Part shown: piece after piece, positions 15,564-15,909 of the stretch | Layout of the letters: every line of letters starts with the position of its first letter | How positions within the stretch are numbered: position 1 is the stretch's first letter | NCBI GenBank assembly: GCA_016840855.1 | Contig: JAEORO010000141.1 | Coordinates: 1 to 15,909 of the forward strand | Origin: Candidatus Thorarchaeota archaeon | GTDB taxonomy: Archaea; Asgardarchaeota; Thorarchaeia; Thorarchaeales; Thorarchaeaceae | Reading direction: 5' to 3' | Length of the DNA: 15,909 nt | Translations under genes and position numbers: made by a program | Notes under the pieces: generated by a model | Database searches by the model: none | What the model was told of the DNA's origin: nothing | What the model saw: the letters and a program-made list of their open reading frames with translations, nothing else

Positions 15564-15909
15564 CTGAAAATAAGGCAAATAGCAGCAGCATCTGTATCGT
15601 TATCATTGATAGTTCTATCACTTAGTGGTTTCCTTTTTGTTGAATTAGATAATTCAAACTTAGAATCAATTATTGTGAGGCCACAACAGACTAGTGATAT
15701 GACGCAACCCCAGAGAACTACTCCGATATGTATTAGAGATAATTCAGATTTTGTACTCTTCGGAGCGGTGGGGAATGGAACTCCTTCAAATCCGTACAGA
15801 TTAGAGAACCTAGAAGTCATGTCGAACCTCACGTGTATAATTGTAGAGGGTACAACGGCTCACTTTTCCATTTCGAATTGCATACTAGAAACAAGTGGTC
15901 GGCAGGATA
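15564..15909 (+). CDS. Second NosD/beta-helix surface protein paralog, 5' part (runs off the window; absent from the ORF track)
   Basis: Manual translation gives (L/M)KIRQIAAASVSLSLIVLSLSGFLF...TPICIRDNSDFVLFGAVGNGTPSNPYRLENLEVMSNLTCIIVEGTTAHFSISNCILE. This is colinear with PFIISSNLDFVALGASGVGTPSDPYTFENL...TTAYFVILNCYLE of the upstream gene. Confidence 0.8.
   Translation, partial: MKIRQIAAASVSLSLIVLSLSGFLFVELDNSNLESIIVRPQQTSDMTQPQRTTPICIRDNSDFVLFGAVGNGTPSNPYRLENLEVMSNLTCIIVEGTTAHFSISNCILETSGRQD

Noticed and set aside
15548-15832. 94-aa minus-strand ORF, and the other short ORFs nested in or antisense to the called genes
   Set aside because: These are shadow ORFs opposite or inside genes with clear family motifs, with no independent coding signal.
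1-15909. CRISPR arrays, transposases, integrases, rRNA or tRNA genes
   Set aside because: No regularly spaced direct repeats, terminal inverted repeats or matching motifs were seen by eye.

Overview
An archaeal window of roughly 40-45% GC, most likely from an Asgard archaeon (Thorarchaeia-like). This is inferred from a Rab-like GTPase fusion, tandem NosD/beta-helix surface proteins, iorAB and a geranylgeranyl reductase-family gene. From left to right: the 3' part of a GGR-family oxidoreductase; a ~155-nt GC-rich structured element on the minus strand with its own TATA box and U7 tail (candidate unknown ncRNA); three tandem TrmB-like paralogs transcribed divergently from it; a convergent DHH/DHHA1 phosphoesterase; iorA-iorB; a small Cys-rich protein; a 767-aa fusion of a 7-bladed FG-GAP-type propeller, an Ig-like sandwich, a linker and a Rab-like GTPase; a NitT/TauT-type ABC transporter whose ATPase is on the opposite strand; a divergent Alba-like protein; a Zn-motif membrane protein; and two paralogous beta-helix surface proteins that probably start at CTG codons. 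The strongest leads are the propeller-Ig-Rab fusion and the ncRNA/TrmB-triplet locus. No database searches were run; all family calls come from motifs read by eye.
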